Part shown: positions 27,856-37,317 of the stretch, piece after piece
Numbering within the stretch: the stretch's first letter is position 1
Layout: every line of letters begins with the position of its first letter
UHGV virus genome: UHGV-0109738
Direction: 5' to 3' (one strand)
Length of the DNA stretch: 64,000 nucleotides
Source: a virus
Notes under the pieces: generated by a model
The model's input: the letters and a program-made list of their open reading frames with translations, nothing else
Databases searched by the model: none
Told to the model about the DNA's origin: nothing
Translations under genes and position numbers: made by a program

Positions 27856-28081
27856 TTATGTATACACGTTGAAACAGGCCGCCCGCCTTATCGGTTATCA
27901 TGAACACGAATTTATTGATTTGCTGATTGAGCGCGGGATACTGTACCAGGTCTGCTTAACGCTGTACCCTAAAGCGAAATACCTACAGGAAAAGTTATTT
28001 ATCATCATGACGGATGAAAACCAGGTTAATCACTCATTCGTCACTGATAAGGGATTGACATATTTGAAGGGGGCGTTATGA
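27833..28081 (+). CDS. Hypothetical protein (possible KilA-C/antirepressor-like C-terminal motif)
   Basis: Start at MARRNHSDYVY; C-terminal FVTDKGLTYL resembles KilA-C-type motifs. Confidence 0.3.
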   Translation: MARRNHSDYVYTLKQAARLIGYHEHEFIDLLIERGILYQVCLTLYPKAKYLQEKLFIIMTDENQVNHSFVTDKGLTYLKGAL

Positions 28082-28156
28082 GATGTGCGAACATTACGTT
28101 CTGGAAATGATCATTATCATTATTGGATTGTCATGCATTCTGCTATCGACACTATA

Positions 28157-28184
28157 AACCCCGCCGTGGCGGGGTGTTTTTTTT
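28157..28184 (+). terminator. Rho-independent terminator of the plus-strand moron cassette
   Basis: aaccccgcc-gtg-gcggggt followed by tttttttt. Confidence 0.6.
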
Positions 28185-28365
28185 AATCGTAGGATAGAAA
28201 TGCTACTTCTTTGCCATCCCAAGTCGTACAGCCGATATATCCATCACCCATATCATGAAGATACCACGTCTCGCCATTATCAGCCCGGACAGTAAGATCA
28301 TTAATTTCATAGTCGGCGAACAATGTAAAAGCGCCAGTGCGCTCCACTACACAAAAATAAGGCAT
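28183..28365 (-). CDS. Small hypothetical protein (60 aa)
   Basis: Short ORF just downstream of gene M on the same strand. Confidence 0.3.
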   Translation of the reverse strand: MPYFCVVERTGAFTLFADYEINDLTVRADNGETWYLHDMGDGYIGCTTWDGKEVAFLSYD

Positions 28366-28376
28366 ATCCCCTCCCT

Positions 28377-28730
28377 CTAATTAATAACTTGCTCAAATGT
28401 TGCATTTAGCGTGTATAGCGGACCGTCTTTAGTCATGCTCCAGCTACGGCAAACAAAAAGCCTTTGCACGTTATCCATCGACGGCGACCAGTAAAAAGCC
28501 TCGACAGCGCCACGCGCCCTCAAGAATGCTTCCGCCTGGATCGCTACATTCCCACCATCGCCGCATCCTGCACTACTGCCTTTAAAAACCAGGGTGTAAC
28601 TATCAAGTAATGTGTTAATCCCTTTCGCCTGGCGTTGTTCATACCCATCACCAAGTTTAATGACAGATACGTTTGGTTCCCTGGTCACGCTGTAGCTTCT
28701 TTGCGGCGTCCATCTGAACACTTCCGGCAT
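28377..28730 (-). CDS. Minor tail protein M
   Basis: 117 aa at the gpM position between tape measure and gpL; typical size. Confidence 0.7.
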   Translation of the reverse strand: MPEVFRWTPQRSYSVTREPNVSVIKLGDGYEQRQAKGINTLLDSYTLVFKGSSAGCGDGGNVAIQAEAFLRARGAVEAFYWSPSMDNVQRLFVCRSWSMTKDGPLYTLNATFEQVIN

Positions 28731-28897
28731 AAAACCCCCACAAGTTACATTTTGTATATATCTTTACGCGCTTCTACGCGAAAAATGAGATCTTTGTCAC
28801 AATGATTATAGCTAGTTTACAAAATGGCTTCACGTAGCATGCAACAAGATGTATATAGAAAGCAAGAAGAAAGCAGTACCAACGAAGGAGGCCCAAA

Positions 28898-29053
28898 ATG
28901 AAACGCTATGTAGTAGTAATGCTAAATAACGCATTCGAACAAGTGGAAATAGCAATCGTTAAGGGTTTCGACGACGCATTCAAATACGGTCAATTCATGA
29001 TGAATGCGAAAGAAGATGAATACCGGGACTTCTTCCTGAAGGCACTTAACTAA
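28898..29053 (+). CDS. Small hypothetical protein (51 aa), first gene of a three-gene plus-strand cassette
   Basis: GAAGGAGG RBS upstream of ATG 28898. Confidence 0.3.
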   Translation: MKRYVVVMLNNAFEQVEIAIVKGFDDAFKYGQFMMNAKEDEYRDFFLKALN

Positions 29054-29070
29054 GGATGATGGGGTGAGTT

Positions 29071-29325
29071 ATGAAACTGGTAGCGATTGACAAAAACCTG
29101 AAAGCACAGAAAAACGCGCCGGAACGTGTAGTTAAAAAAGCAAGGGAGCTTTTGAACGCGTTTTTAAACAAGGATGTGTCGCCCAAAAAATTAAAAGACG
29201 GTTACGGCTACGCCTTCCGCGCCAATTTAGACTGGCGAGTCTATAGCCAGGATCTGAAGGAGTGGGTGATTGTTGAACATCATAAATTTAATGAATTATC
29301 TGGCGTGCGCGGTTGCCATAAGTGA
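29071..29325 (+). CDS. Hypothetical protein (84 aa; faint RelE/ParE-like C-terminal pattern)
   Basis: C-terminus LKDGYGYAFRANLDWRVYSQDLKEWVIVEHHKF loosely resembles the RelE-type ..G.YRLRVGDYRVIY...VV.V..VGHR pattern; weak. Confidence 0.3.
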   Translation: MKLVAIDKNLKAQKNAPERVVKKARELLNAFLNKDVSPKKLKDGYGYAFRANLDWRVYSQDLKEWVIVEHHKFNELSGVRGCHK

Positions 29326-29435
29326 GTCGGGATATGAAGGACGATAAATTCACCTGGCGTGAGATCTGGAACATCTGGTTAGTGATGTCCAGTAGGAGTT
29401 ACATCGCACGTAACGGCAGACTGTAGGAGAAAAAA

Positions 29436-29618
29436 GTGATTATTGAAGAAACAAAACGTTGTTATGGTGTCCGGTTAGATCTTGAAAATGATGTATTGTG
29501 GATAACCGAACTTATGGGGACTGACACCATCGTGATTGACAAGTCGCAGGCTGTACAGCTTATTGCTGGACTACAAAAGTTTGTTGATGGTGAGTTTAAA
29601 AACGAAGAGGTAGACTAA
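29436..29618 (+). CDS. Small hypothetical protein (60 aa)
   Basis: Third ORF of the cassette; followed by hairpin ggccact-ata-agtggcc and a T-rich tract. Confidence 0.3.
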   Translation: MIIEETKRCYGVRLDLENDVLWITELMGTDTIVIDKSQAVQLIAGLQKFVDGEFKNEEVD

Positions 29619-29647
29619 GAAAAAGGCCACTATAAGTGGCCTTAGTG

Positions 29648-31990
29648 TTATTTGCGGCGCGGTTGCAACATTCCGCCCGGTCTTTGAGATTCCCTTGTTA
29701 TCATCTTCATAGCTACACGTTCCATTGTCTGTTCAAGTCTGCGGCTGTCTTCGTCGCTGAATCCGTTCGTTGTCTGAATGCTGATACTGACAGGCATACT
29801 AATACCGCCACCGCCGCCAATATCACGGCCCGGAATAACTCTGCCGTTCTCGCCAGGAATCATATATTGATTCCCGTTAGGCGTCTGGAATAGCTCCGTC
29901 CTGTTGTTTTCCCCGACACGGTACAAGTTGCCACCAATGACGCTACCACCATTAAAGCGCCTGCCACCGAAGATGGATGTTGCCAGAGACATGATCGCAG
30001 TGAGTGCCGCAGAGCCAGCCGCCGCCCAGCTACCGCCAGTTGATGCTGCTGTTGCCGCCGCTGCCGGGGCCGCTGCCGCAGCGATGCTACCCTGAGCGGC
30101 TACCGCACTTGCCGTTGTGCTGGCCTGCGTTGCCTTGCTTTGTGTCTCCATCATGATTTGATCTGCTATCCAGTTGGCGGCTATGTCAGAAAGCCTGTTG
30201 CCGATGTTCCCTAGTATATTGCTCCCTAAGTTAGCAAAAACATCGCTCAATGATTGAGTGCCGTTAAGCAGGCCAACAAGCGCATTGCTCATGCCACCTT
30301 TAAGGCCATTAACGCAATCACCGATAAGGCCGTTAGTGTCGCTTTGCGCCTGCCACTGCTCCCATTTCAGATCGCGGATCTGCTGCTCATAGGCTAACAA
30401 TTCCTGTTTCTGTTGTGCTTCTGTAGCGCCCAGGTCGATAAGCATTTGCTTACGGACGGCCCATTCATTTTGTGCCTGCTGGATGGGGTCAACCTCGCCT
30501 TTTAGCTGGTCCATCGGGCTAACTATTTGCGACCATTTATCACGCAGTTCATCTACCGGGATCTGCGCTAATTCTTCTTTCAGTTCCTTGCCGATCCCTT
30601 TTTGCGCGGCGCGGTACTCAAGGAGCGTGATTTTACCCTGGGCAAATGCAGCATCAATGGCCTTGCCGTTCTCCAACGCTTTGCGCATGGCGGCGGCGTC
30701 TTTGTTGTACTGATCAGAAACGCTTATACCTTTGTCACCAAGCCGATCAGCTTCCGATTTCTTCTCTTTTTTCTGTTTTTTCGGCTTGTCTACTGGCTTG
30801 TCGAATCCGGTAATCGCTCCGTCATTGGCAGCATTCTGTTCATTTTTCCTTGCTTCTTCTGTAGCCTGGATTGCTGCGGTCAGATCATCCTGTAGTTGCA
30901 TGACCTTGCCAACGGTCTTCCCGTATTTCTTCTCGTAGTTGCTGTTATATTCGTCGGTTTGCTCTCCTACTACCTCCTTCACCCATTTATAGCCATCCAT
31001 TAGCGCCTTGATTGGCGTCACCATTGCGATGATCTTCTCTGCCACCTCTCCAGCCTTAACAGCCACATCATCAAACATGTCGATAAATTCGCTACCAGCC
31101 GTTTTGAGTGTGTCGAAGCAGGTTTTAGCGAATTTAGCGCCATCGCCAAGCCCTTTAACGCCTTTCGTGATCAAGTCGATAGCTGAAACAACGCCATCTG
31201 ACACGCCAAAAAGATCATCCAACTGCTCAACAAGGCCCATAATTTCTACTTTAAGCTCATTGATAGCCATGCCGGATGTGCGCGGCAACTGAGCAAACTT
31301 ATCGTTTGTTTCCTGCGTAGCCGCCTGTATTGCGTTAACCATCCTTTCAGCCGTGATCTTGCCGTCCAGCATTTCGGCGCGGAACTGGCCCATTGATAAT
31401 CCCATATGGCGGGCCATTGTTTGTACGATGGTCGGCGTGTTTTCAAGCAGGCTGTTAAATTCTTCGGCACGAAGAACACCGCCGTCGATAGACTGACGGA
31501 ATTGACGCATTGAGTTAGACATCTGTTCCGCTGACGCGCCGCCTAATGCACCCATTTTCTGAATAGTGCCAACCAGGTTAAGCAATTGCCCTTCCGTAGC
31601 GGAGGTGTTTTTTAGTGAGATAGCCAGGCCTTGCCATAATTCGCCAGTATCTTTCAGGCTCTGCCCCGTCTCCCTGGATATTTCTTTCAGACCATCAAAA
31701 ACCCGCCCGGCAGATTCCGCGTCGCCTGTAAGCATTTTGATTTTGACGCGTAGCATTTTGGCCTGCTCTGCCATTTCCATAAACTGTCTAACGGCCTCGG
31801 CAGCAATTAGCAGATGGATAACCCTGGTCAGTGCTTTGATTGATGTTTTCAGTGTGTTTACCTGGCGATCGGCCTGTTTAGCACCGCGCTCTATACGGTC
31901 AAAGGCCTGGTCTGCCTGTCGTTGTGCTACAAGAAGTTGTCCTGTTTTTGCGTCAACTTCGTAATAAATTGTGCCTACACTGGTAGCCAT
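29648..31990 (-). CDS. Tail tape measure protein
   Basis: 780 aa, highly helical with Ala/Gly-rich segments; located between tail chaperone and gpM homologues. Confidence 0.85.
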   Translation of the reverse strand: MATSVGTIYYEVDAKTGQLLVAQRQADQAFDRIERGAKQADRQVNTLKTSIKALTRVIHLLIAAEAVRQFMEMAEQAKMLRVKIKMLTGDAESAGRVFDGLKEISRETGQSLKDTGELWQGLAISLKNTSATEGQLLNLVGTIQKMGALGGASAEQMSNSMRQFRQSIDGGVLRAEEFNSLLENTPTIVQTMARHMGLSMGQFRAEMLDGKITAERMVNAIQAATQETNDKFAQLPRTSGMAINELKVEIMGLVEQLDDLFGVSDGVVSAIDLITKGVKGLGDGAKFAKTCFDTLKTAGSEFIDMFDDVAVKAGEVAEKIIAMVTPIKALMDGYKWVKEVVGEQTDEYNSNYEKKYGKTVGKVMQLQDDLTAAIQATEEARKNEQNAANDGAITGFDKPVDKPKKQKKEKKSEADRLGDKGISVSDQYNKDAAAMRKALENGKAIDAAFAQGKITLLEYRAAQKGIGKELKEELAQIPVDELRDKWSQIVSPMDQLKGEVDPIQQAQNEWAVRKQMLIDLGATEAQQKQELLAYEQQIRDLKWEQWQAQSDTNGLIGDCVNGLKGGMSNALVGLLNGTQSLSDVFANLGSNILGNIGNRLSDIAANWIADQIMMETQSKATQASTTASAVAAQGSIAAAAAPAAAATAASTGGSWAAAGSAALTAIMSLATSIFGGRRFNGGSVIGGNLYRVGENNRTELFQTPNGNQYMIPGENGRVIPGRDIGGGGGISMPVSISIQTTNGFSDEDSRRLEQTMERVAMKMITRESQRPGGMLQPRRK

Positions 31991-32141
31991 GATTTAACCT
32001 CATGCAAAATGTGATCTATGCATCTATTTTATACAAAATGTCTTTATTTTAACGATACCGTTTTGTATAGATGATGTAGAGAAAGATAGAAGAGATGCAG
32101 GAAGGCCGGATGTCCCGGAGGAAGTGAAAGAGGATAAGAAA

Positions 32142-32225
32142 ATGAGAAACGTAAACTACCGTCCCAACGAATATGAACGCTATGCGGACCTTATCGAAGA
32201 AATGTTAAAAGCACTTAAAAAATAA
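32142..32225 (+). CDS. Mini-ORF (27 aa)
   Basis: GAGGATAAG RBS-like sequence; MRNVNYRPNEYERYADLIEEMLKALKK; directly upstream of the secreted-protein gene. Confidence 0.25.
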   Translation: MRNVNYRPNEYERYADLIEEMLKALKK

Positions 32226-32293
32226 ACAATATGCGTGTATAACTAAGTTAAAGGAAGCATTTAGCAAATCAGAATAATTACAGGGGGTTGATT

Positions 32294-32713
32294 ATGAAAC
32301 GGTTAGCAAAAATGGTGCTTGCTGTGATTGCTGCACTAGCATTTAACGCTAACGCTAACGCTAACGAGGCCATAAACATTAACTGTGAAGAAGTGGCAAA
32401 CCATGTAGCCGCATATCACGACATGATCAAAAAAGAACCAGCCGCACCCACAATTCTTTTTAAGGCAATTGATAAAAATTTTGAAGGTAAACCAGTTTAT
32501 GCTCGTTGGTTTAATTATGGCCTTGTAAACGAGGCTGCTGTAGGCGTAGTCTTTGAAAACAACAGCGAAATAAAAAACAGGATAGCTAACGAGTGTAAAG
32601 CAAATAAAGTTGCTTTCGCTGAAAGAATTTTTAATAAAGGCGGCGCTGGTGCAAAAAATCACGCAATTGTCGATTTAGGTAACGGTTTTATTGATATTGT
32701 TAGAATCAAATAA
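32294..32713 (+). CDS. Secreted protein of unknown function (moron)
   Basis: AGGGGG RBS; signal peptide MKRLAKMVLAVIAALAFNANA with tandem aacgct x3 (NANANA); terminator follows. Confidence 0.5.
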   Translation: MKRLAKMVLAVIAALAFNANANANEAININCEEVANHVAAYHDMIKKEPAAPTILFKAIDKNFEGKPVYARWFNYGLVNEAAVGVVFENNSEIKNRIANECKANKVAFAERIFNKGGAGAKNHAIVDLGNGFIDIVRIK

Positions 32714-32720
32714 GACAAAC

Positions 32721-32742
32721 GCCCGGATCTACCGGGCTTTTT
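32721..32742 (+). terminator. Rho-independent terminator
   Basis: gcccgg-atctac-cgggc followed by tttttc. Confidence 0.6.
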
Positions 32743-33415
32743 CTTGCTTGCGATTTTCCATTCTTTTTAGCGCCTTTTTAGCAGCCTCCATTTGCTCGTC
32801 ATAAGCACGTTTATTTATGTGAACATTTGGTCTACTTCTTTCATTTCTTTCGTCTGGCGGCGTTTTAGCGCGCACTGCGGCCCTGTATCCGGTCATTGTC
32901 ATGTTCCACGCTTCTGATTCAGATAATCCCAGATGAGCAACGGCAGAATAAACGAAATCAAGTACATCAAATGTCGGCTTGTATTCACCTTCCCGGATCT
33001 CGCTTGTATTTTCTTCCGGCCCGTCACCGATTAAACCGTGGTACATGCAGTGTTGCGCCAGCGTAATAACATCATCAACTGGCATTATTCCGGGCTTTAA
33101 CCTTAATTTGCCCGAAGGAGTAAACCAGCATTCGCCCAATAACGGGCCTGTTTCGTCGTCTGAGCAACATTTCAGGATGTGCATTGACGTTTGCACTATC
33201 CCACCATAACACCGCGCCATAATGCGATTGCGGAGGTCTGGATCTGTAGGTAATCGTGAAGGGTATTTGCTACCGTGGATGGTTGCGAAATATTCCACAA
33301 GCTCCCTGTCATTACCGATTTTAGCCATCGCAGCGAAACACGGGTTAAATTCATAGCGCTTACCGTTCACCATAGCCACAAATTGTCCGGTACGAACATG
33401 AATCATAGTCTTCAC
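32729..33415 (-). CDS. Tail assembly chaperone (G/GT-like)
   Basis: Position between major tail protein and tape measure; 228 aa with basic C-terminal tail; no obvious slippery site found by eye. Confidence 0.45.
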   Translation of the reverse strand: MKTMIHVRTGQFVAMVNGKRYEFNPCFAAMAKIGNDRELVEYFATIHGSKYPSRLPTDPDLRNRIMARCYGGIVQTSMHILKCCSDDETGPLLGECWFTPSGKLRLKPGIMPVDDVITLAQHCMYHGLIGDGPEENTSEIREGEYKPTFDVLDFVYSAVAHLGLSESEAWNMTMTGYRAAVRAKTPPDERNERSRPNVHINKRAYDEQMEAAKKALKRMENRKQEKAR

Positions 33416-33451
33416 CCTAAAAGAAAGGGGGCTAAATAGCCCCCTTATTGT

Positions 33452-33928
33452 TTACGCAGCAACCGGATCGGTTACAGTTACCTGGCCAGCGCTTTCGCAC
33501 TCGATAGACCAGGTCGTCACATCATCATACGGAGCCTCTTCTTTGAAGGAGGTGCAAAGGAATGGCCCCTCGGTTACATCGGTGGCACTGACAATTTTCA
33601 GCCACACATATGGTTGATTTCCGGTAGCAGTGCCCGGAGACATTACATGCCGTTTTAGTGCTTTCTGGTTGTATGTATCATCGCTACGTGAAACACCATC
33701 ACCAGAGAAGCTCACTGATTTATAAGTAACCAGCGACTCTTTGGTATAGTCGGCGGATTTATCAGCGGTAGCGTCTGCGGATTCCCATTCTACGGAAAGC
33801 GTTTTGCCGCGCATCATACCTAACGGCTTGTAGCCACCCTCTTCCGGTTTCGCGCTGGGACAAGCAATGGCATAGAACACGGCAACATCACGCCCGGTAA
33901 ACGCACCGGATTTACAGGTTTCGGACAT
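33452..33928 (-). CDS. Major tail protein
   Basis: 158 aa; immediately upstream of the chaperone and tape measure, the conserved tail-module order. Confidence 0.6.
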   Translation of the reverse strand: MSETCKSGAFTGRDVAVFYAIACPSAKPEEGGYKPLGMMRGKTLSVEWESADATADKSADYTKESLVTYKSVSFSGDGVSRSDDTYNQKALKRHVMSPGTATGNQPYVWLKIVSATDVTEGPFLCTSFKEEAPYDDVTTWSIECESAGQVTVTDPVAA

Positions 33929-33941
33929 ATTGGTTTACCTC

Positions 33942-34328
33942 TTATCTGGATATGATGGATTGAAAAGCTACGGTAAAAATAAAGCGCCCTTCTCTTGTCT
34001 GCATCGCAGGAATAGCGCCAACTGGCTTCATGTGTGTAATTTTATCAGTTTTATATTCTGTTAACATACTTTGACGGATGGCATCGGCCAGGTCTTCCAC
34101 TTCACAGATATTTGCATCATTACGCGCTGAAATAACCAGGATGCGAAAATAATCACGGGTTATTGCTTCTTCACCAGCCGCGCCGCCGTTTTGCTGGATA
34201 ACAATGTATCGGTCGTTATTCGAATTGGATTTTTCATTCCAGAAACGGGCCTGCAAAATATAGCCTTTATCGTACCCGTGGGATTTAATCCAATCCCTTA
34301 TTTCGTCGTATACTTCGCTGCGTTTCAT
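33942..34328 (-). CDS. Tail component (tail terminator/completion-like)
   Basis: 128 aa; ATGA-type overlap with upstream gene; position between head-tail joining genes and the major tail protein. Confidence 0.4.
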   Translation of the reverse strand: MKRSEVYDEIRDWIKSHGYDKGYILQARFWNEKSNSNNDRYIVIQQNGGAAGEEAITRDYFRILVISARNDANICEVEDLADAIRQSMLTEYKTDKITHMKPVGAIPAMQTREGRFIFTVAFQSIISR

Positions 34329-34789
34329 GTTTTGTAACCTTCTACAATCTCTTTATAAATATCGTCGGCGTTGTTTGGATCTTCGAATGCCTTGCGCAAG
34401 AATTCCGGCTCCGCGTTTGGGTCCCAATATTTACCTTTGCCAGTACCGCCGCCGAACTCAATTACCTGTTTCGGCCCGAAATCTGAAAGGTTATTTGTTT
34501 TCCCGAAATGTTCACGCGGCTGGCCTTTTAATGTGCCTGGCATATTGTGCACCCATTCAGCGTAACGGGCTGTATATCCCAGCCGTAACTGCATACCCTC
34601 CGCCGTGTTACCTATATATTGAAATTGGCTGTTAATTAAAAAACCCGTATCAACCGGTGTCATGTTTGCCGCAAAGCCACCAGCCAGCATACCGACGCGC
34701 CATAAAACTTCGTGCGTCTTTTTATCGGTGATTTCCTTTAGCTCCTGCTTTAATCTCTCACGGACGCGTTTAACTCCCCTGATAGGCAT
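34325..34789 (-). CDS. Head-tail joining protein (HK97 gp10-family-like)
   Basis: 154 aa; motifs TGFLINS...YARYAEWVH; position in morphogenesis module. Confidence 0.45.
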   Translation of the reverse strand: MPIRGVKRVRERLKQELKEITDKKTHEVLWRVGMLAGGFAANMTPVDTGFLINSQFQYIGNTAEGMQLRLGYTARYAEWVHNMPGTLKGQPREHFGKTNNLSDFGPKQVIEFGGGTGKGKYWDPNAEPEFLRKAFEDPNNADDIYKEIVEGYKT

Positions 34790-34791
34790 GA

Positions 34792-35160
34792 TTAACCCCC
34801 TGTCACGATCTTATAATCCGGCGTATCGTTAAACATGCTCATATCCCATTCAACGATCCCGGTAATAATGTTGGCTCCTGCCGCCATCGGGTCGGTAATA
34901 TTGGTGGTGTCACCAGTGGCAATCATCCAGCCGTTTTCCGGGCGCTGTACTGGCTGCATATTATGAAGCAGTTCGGTAAATACGGTTATTGTATTGCTAA
35001 CCTCATTACCGTTTGTGTCTGTTGCAGTGCCGTCGGTGCGCTCCCATGCGCAGTTAATCAGGTATGGTGCGCCGTATACGTCGGCGTTTGTCCAGTCGTC
35101 ATGCGTTACGGGGTAGATGGTGGCTAATGCCTTGTAACTGAATCGCGCAATCTTACTCAT
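34792..35160 (-). CDS. Head-tail adaptor / head closure protein (putative)
   Basis: 122 aa; position downstream of connector gene. Confidence 0.35.
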   Translation of the reverse strand: MSKIARFSYKALATIYPVTHDDWTNADVYGAPYLINCAWERTDGTATDTNGNEVSNTITVFTELLHNMQPVQRPENGWMIATGDTTNITDPMAAGANIITGIVEWDMSMFNDTPDYKIVTGG

Positions 35161-35344
35161 AGCCGTAACTCCAGCTAATGACCTTTGGATGAGTTTTCGC
35201 CACGCGCGGGCAAAGAATTACCCATAAGCCAGCATCATTGAGGTAGGCCGCCACCTGGCGTCCGCTATCCGTTTTAACCCACACGCGGGTAAATGGTTTC
35301 GGCAATACTGGATTTGGTAATGTCAGGTCGTTCCACATTGTCAC
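35153..35344 (-). CDS. Small hypothetical protein (63 aa)
   Basis: Overlaps neighbours by a few nt in the structural operon. Confidence 0.3.
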   Translation of the reverse strand: MTMWNDLTLPNPVLPKPFTRVWVKTDSGRQVAAYLNDAGLWVILCPRVAKTHPKVISWSYGYE

Positions 35345-35727
35345 ACCCTCCTGCTCTTACCAATCCACAGCCCGGCGTGCGCGGTGTTTTCTGGATCTGG
35401 TGGAATTAGTTCGGCTGTACAATGGTGTTTGTCCAGTGAGTAAAGCAACGAATAGGCCGCCTTCCATCGCTTATTAAAATCGACATAGCGGTATGACTGA
35501 CTCGCACCGTTCGGCCCAGTCTGCGAGGAAACGTATTTATCAGCCTGGCTTAGTCCTAACAGGCCAATCAGATAAAGCTGAATCAATGTTGCAGTGGAGG
35601 CCGGATAGTTGGCATCAAGGCATTCATTAACGCTATTTGCCTGCTCCACCAGCAAAGATAAGATAACGTCTGGCAGGTCAATACCCTGGCTTTCAATATA
35701 TTCCCGCGCCTGTTCTGTAGTGACCAT
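35341..35727 (-). CDS. Head-tail connector (gp6-like) protein
   Basis: Start at MVTTEQ; helical, with LIQLYLIGLLGL motif typical of gp6-like connector proteins. Confidence 0.45.
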   Translation of the reverse strand: MVTTEQAREYIESQGIDLPDVILSLLVEQANSVNECLDANYPASTATLIQLYLIGLLGLSQADKYVSSQTGPNGASQSYRYVDFNKRWKAAYSLLYSLDKHHCTAELIPPDPENTAHAGLWIGKSRRV

Positions 35728-35792
35728 TTTGTTTTCTCCACATACAAAAAAATCCCCGGCATCGCGCCGGGGAGTTACAGGAAACATATCAA

Positions 35793-36857
35793 TCAGGTAT
35801 TGCTGCCGTAGACCACACCTGAACGACCTTTCATATCACAGGTGATCTGAAGACCCTCAGCAGACATAATGCGGAAGTTGTAGTTATCGGTCGGCATCAT
35901 GCGCGGTAACGGAACTACGCCAGTGGTCATGCCAATCAGCGGGGTGATGACGCCGCGACTACGCTGATAAGCGATAAATTCGTTGTCAGTCAGCGCATAG
36001 GTCTGGCGAATATCATCAACCGGGACAAACGGCTTGATAACATCCAGTACACTACCAACAATTACGCCATTAACGATGTGTGGGCGTGCCAGGTTAGCCA
36101 TGATTTCTGGCGATACCCACATTACATCGTATTTAGCTACGAAGTTGGCGCGGGCCAGTTTCCCGAACTCACCAGTGGTAAAGAATTCAATAATCTTATC
36201 GAAAGTCGCGGTGGTCAGGTCGATTTTAGCGACAGTTTTCAGTTTAAGTTGCTGGGTGTTTTTGTGGTTTTTAAGACCCATTGCTTTATGACCATCAACC
36301 ACGATGCGATCGTTACCATTCAGGTAGAACTGGACGCGTGCTTTGTTGAATTTTTTCAGTTTAAGGCGCTGGCTGTCTAATGCAAGGTCGATGCCTACAG
36401 TATTTAAGCCCTGAGCTAAACGCCAGTTAACACCGTAACCCGCTGCGAACATCGGGATCGGGTCGCCATCGCTGCCGTATTCGGTGTGATCAAAGCCGTG
36501 TGGCGCTTGACCATCCATAGACATCACAACTTCATCATCGATGTCACCGGATACGTTGTACATTTTCAGCGTTTTACCGATTGGCAGTACGGTTTGCACA
36601 CCCATCAGGTCGTTTACGATCTCAATACCGATTTCTTCGGTGTTCAGTTCGATAATCTGGTTATCGATTTCTTTCCAGAATTCTTTTGCGAAGCCGCCGA
36701 CGGCGTTACAGGTCAACATTTCAGCGGTCATATTTGCCTGATTTGCAGCAATCATGGCGTTGTGCTGCTCGTTGAAGATATTGCGTTGCGCCCACAGTTC
36801 TTTCCAATGGCCCTGCATACGGGCGTTGGTGGCAAGGTTTTCTTTTGTAAAGTACAT
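35793..36857 (-). CDS. Major capsid protein (putative)
   Basis: 354 aa; size and position (after scaffold/decoration-like genes, before connector). Confidence 0.6.
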   Translation of the reverse strand: MYFTKENLATNARMQGHWKELWAQRNIFNEQHNAMIAANQANMTAEMLTCNAVGGFAKEFWKEIDNQIIELNTEEIGIEIVNDLMGVQTVLPIGKTLKMYNVSGDIDDEVVMSMDGQAPHGFDHTEYGSDGDPIPMFAAGYGVNWRLAQGLNTVGIDLALDSQRLKLKKFNKARVQFYLNGNDRIVVDGHKAMGLKNHKNTQQLKLKTVAKIDLTTATFDKIIEFFTTGEFGKLARANFVAKYDVMWVSPEIMANLARPHIVNGVIVGSVLDVIKPFVPVDDIRQTYALTDNEFIAYQRSRGVITPLIGMTTGVVPLPRMMPTDNYNFRIMSAEGLQITCDMKGRSGVVYGSNT

Positions 36858-36874
36858 GTTTTTCCCCTTTTAAA

Positions 36875-37303
36875 TTAAGCAACGCGAACGCGGATAAAAT
36901 CTTCCGCCTCCAGGGTTACGTCTTCCTGGCAGTATGCGATGATCGGATCTGGCGCTGCCTGTTCACTTGGCGCAACAAACAGTTTCACCCCGTCGGCTGC
37001 GAGAGCAATAGCTGCACCCTTAACATAAGCGGCTGCAGGAACAAGGAGAGCAAACTCTCGGCCCTGTTCCACATAATCAGCAACAACAGTTTCATTTGCA
37101 GCGATTGCATCAGTAATGGTTTTGCCTTCGTGGAATGCCGGGTTGACGATGTACAACTGAGCTGCACCGACATCAGCACTGGTTGCTTTTGCAAACTTAC
37201 CTCCGTCCAGTTTTACCAGTTCACCTGGTTTTACTGCGACCTTAGCAGTGTAGGTTTCGGTAATGGATTTACCATCAATATTTACACGACGAAAACGAGA
37301 CAT
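36875..37303 (-). CDS. Head decoration / minor head protein (putative)
   Basis: 142 aa Ala-rich protein immediately upstream of the capsid gene. Confidence 0.4.
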   Translation of the reverse strand: MSRFRRVNIDGKSITETYTAKVAVKPGELVKLDGGKFAKATSADVGAAQLYIVNPAFHEGKTITDAIAANETVVADYVEQGREFALLVPAAAYVKGAAIALAADGVKLFVAPSEQAAPDPIIAYCQEDVTLEAEDFIRVRVA

Positions 37304-37317
37304 TGTATTCCCTCCAG

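Noticed and set aside
29904-31964. Several plus-strand ORFs (29904-30095, 30483-30938, 31008-31292, 31566-31964)
   Set aside because: All lie antisense within the tape measure gene and give Ala/Ser/Pro-rich low-complexity translations typical of the reverse strand of GC-richer coding DNA.
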